Below the pieces are notes generated by a model that did not search any database, was not told where the DNA came from, and was given only the letters and a program-made list of their open reading frames with translations. From the NCBI RefSeq assembly GCF_006345805.1, contig NC_042999.1, forward strand, positions 149,668,001 through 149,732,000: DNA of 64,000 nt. Reading direction: 5' to 3'. This DNA is from Octopus sinensis (Eukaryota). Within the stretch, counting starts at the first letter, position 1; each line of letters opens with the position of its first letter. A program made the translations under genes and the position numbers. Of this stretch, positions 61,432 through 64,000 are shown piece by piece.

Positions 61432-63967
61432 TCAGGTCATCCCATAAGTTCTGTCCGAATTTTGGATAAAGAATCCAAGTGATCAAATGTTATATTTAAT
61501 TGAAAGTAAATCATCAATGTACTTTCCCTGATTATATATGACTTACTTCCATCTATTTACAAGCTTTTTAATCCCATCAAGGTAAAACTCTTTTGGTTTC
61601 AAAGCGAAGAACTCTGAAATGTCAGGTTCGACCTCCTCCTGGCTTGCGAAAGTTGTGTCCCCCTAATAATTCTGTAAACTATGAAACAAATGGTATCCTG
61701 AAGGAGTAAGGTCGGGAGAATAAGTTGGATGAAGAAATGTTTCTAAACCGTCCTCTTCGATCTTCTGTGATGTGATATTTGCAGTGTGGGGTTGCGCATT
61801 GTCCTGATGAAACATCGCTCGTTTTCGACTCACTAAAGCGGCTCTTTTTTCCTTCAAAGCTTGGTTTCAAACGCTCTAATTGCTGACAGTAGACTTGAGC
61901 ATTGATTGTTGCATTAGGTGGTAACAATATAAAGTGAATTACTTTACTATCACCAGATAGAGTAGAACCTTATTCCCATGAAGTTCCCTTCTCGGTTGTG
62001 GTTGAGCATTTTCCCTTTTACCAAGCCACTGTTTACGACGTTTAACATTTCGATAGAAAATCCATTTTACGTCACAAGTCTATCGAAAAAGGGTGAAATG
62101 AGTTTGCGAGAATGGAGAGAAGAGCAGATGTCAACTCGGGATTTGCGGTTGCTTTCGGACAATACATGAGGCACCTATTTTCCAAGTTTAGGAATCTTTC
62201 CACGTTGTTGAAGATGACGATGAACTGTTGTATGGTTTGAAGTAAGCTTTGTTGCCAATTCTTCAACTGATAATGACGGATTTTCTTCAAGTAATGCCTC
62301 AAGGAGCTTATCATCAAACTCAACTGGACGTCCTATTCGATCTCCATCTTCAATTTTGCAAACGATCTCCTGCAAGTTCTTTCATTCAAGCACTTTCCCA
62401 TAAACTGAGTGTATGTTTCGAGTCACTTCGGCTGCAGAGTTACCTTTATTGTACTCATAAAGAATTATATGTGCCTTAAATGCTCCTTGGATACTTCCAT
62501 GTTGAAAGGGTTTTAATCAAAGCAGTTTTAGGGTGTCCACGAAGTCTGGGTACATGGAATAAAATCATAACGTAAACAAATATAAGAAATAATAATTTTC
62601 CTTTTTTACTTTTGTTTAAATTAAATAAAAAAAATACTTTACTTTTCTAAATTTATTTGTTATTTTTTCTACAGATAATCGAATGATGGCTCTGTCTAAA
62701 GAAGAAAGAATCGAGTTAGTATTATTATGTGGACGAGAGGGATGGTCTTATCGCAAAATTGCGGAAGAATTTAATCTTCGACACCCTTATAGGTAACCTA
62801 TTTTTTTTTACTGCCGTCGGGAAATTGATCAAGAAATTTAAAGAAACAGGCAGTGTTTTGGATAAACCCCGTTCCGGGCGACCAAAGACTTCAGATGAAA
62901 CGAAAGAGGCTGTCATGGCTAAAGTTTCTGCTAGCCAAAAGAAATCACTTCGTCAGACATCCACGGTGTTAGGTGTTCCAAAACCAATCATCCACAAAAT
63001 GCTGGTTGAGGAAAAGTTTCATCGATACAACCTACAGATATTGCATCACTTAAATGAAGACGACCCTGATAGACGAATGTAGACGTGCGAATGGTTTTCA
63101 GATAAATTGGATGAAAATATCAATTTTACGAAAAACTTTGTATTGTTCAGTGACAAAGCTACGTTTTATGTAAATGGTGAGGTTAACAGACAGAATCTTC
63201 TATACTGGTCTCGAGGTAATCCACATTGGATGGATCCATCCAAACAGCAAGTCAGCAAAAAGGTGATGGTGTGGTTTGTGGAAAGCTCATGTTCTAGGAC
63301 CCTTCTTCATTGAACATGTAACGGATGAGACTTATGTAAACATATTGAGACAAATTAATATCTCAAATTGAGCGCCTAGGCGAGGGCCTTCCGAATTGGT
63401 TTCAGCAGGATGGGGCCCCTACTCATTTTGCCACAACTGTTAGAGATTGGCTTAATGACATTTTTCCTCACTGGATTGGAAGAAGGGCTCATATGGAAAG
63501 GTCCCCTCGTTCACCAGCTCTTTCTCCCCTTGATTTCTTTTTCTGGGGTATGTTGAAAGAGAAATAGTACAATAAAGATTACAGATTTAAAACAAATAAG
63601 AGAACGCATTACCAGTCAGTGTGCTGAAATTGATGGCAATGTAGACTTATTTAATCAAGTTCACCTGAATTTTGCAAGGCGCATCAAGTTATGCATTGAA
63701 AAATGATGGATATCACTTTGAAAATATTATTTATTAACATTATAATTAAATAAAATTGTTTTGTTTTAAAAGTATGTGTTAATTCCCATGTACGCAGGCT
63801 TTGTGGATACCCTCTATTATTTTGTAAAACAATATTGAATTAGTTTAAACGTACACAAATTCATAAAAATAATTTTTAGTTGAATTAGACATTTGAAAAT
63901 ACTATTAAATTTCATTCAAATCTAAAAAAAAAAGGTAAAATTGGACAGAACTGATTGGATGACTTGA
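61432..63967 (-). mobile_element. Full-length decayed mariner (DD34D, ~1.25 kb once the nested insert is removed)
   Basis: TIRs TCAGGTCATCCCATAAGTTCTGTCC (61432) and GGACAGAACTGATTGGATGACTTGA|TA (63967); MEVSKEHLRHI start at ~62500; FHQDNAQPH; YSPDLTPSGYHLF. Confidence 0.9.
62531..63814 (+). mobile_element. Full-length Tc1/mariner of the rosa-like (DD40-41D) type, nested in the mariner 5' UTR
   Basis: TA-flanked TIRs GGGTGTCCACGAAGTCTGGGTACATGG / CCATGTACGCAGGCTTTGTGGATACCCTC; decayed transposase from 62683 with FSDKATF, FQQDGAP and SPLDFFFWG, 40 residues between the last two Asp. Confidence 0.9.
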
Positions 63968-64000
63968 TATATATAATCTATGATATTCTAGTGGGTTTCA

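Overview
Eukaryotic, repeat-saturated, gene-poor window (intronic or intergenic). The repeat families and the density of TA, CA, TACA, GATA and AAT microsatellites fit a coleoid cephalopod, probably Octopus; this is inferred from recognisable repeat types, not from a search. I found no confidently supported host protein-coding exon, and nearly all ORF-track entries are translated microsatellites. The window holds many tRNA-derived SINEs, given working labels here. SINE-A and SINE-B share the head AAGGCGGCGAGCTGGCAGAA and the core GAGGTCGACTTTGCCTTTCATCCTTTCGGGGTCGATAAA; A ends in AGAAAGGATT(ATT)n and B in AGCCCCTTGTGGGYAATAAAGAAATA. SINE-C has the head GGAGGCGCAATGGCCCAGTGG. SINE-D has the head AGGCGCAGGAGTGGCTGTGTGG and an internal microsatellite. 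Family E has a (CAA)n tail; family F is about 550 bp with an (AAT)n tail. Also present are decayed LINEs (RTE, CR1-like, R4/Dong-like RLE, Tx1/L1-like), Tc1/mariner, hAT, piggyBac-, Kolobok- and Merlin-type MITEs, Helitrons and one tRNA-Gly pseudogene. Most notable results: (1) a complete, TSD-flanked 1.64-kb Tx1/L1-type element encoding only ORF1, whose 3' end matches SINE-B and a Tx1-like ORF2 remnant, suggesting a three-tier LINE / half-LINE / SINE system; (2) SINE-B 3' ends repeatedly joined to GGTATT, a motif SINE-B itself carries; (3) a full SINE-B fused to a 5'-truncated RTE inside a single ~70-bp target duplication; (4) a ~90-105-bp duplication around another SINE-B.
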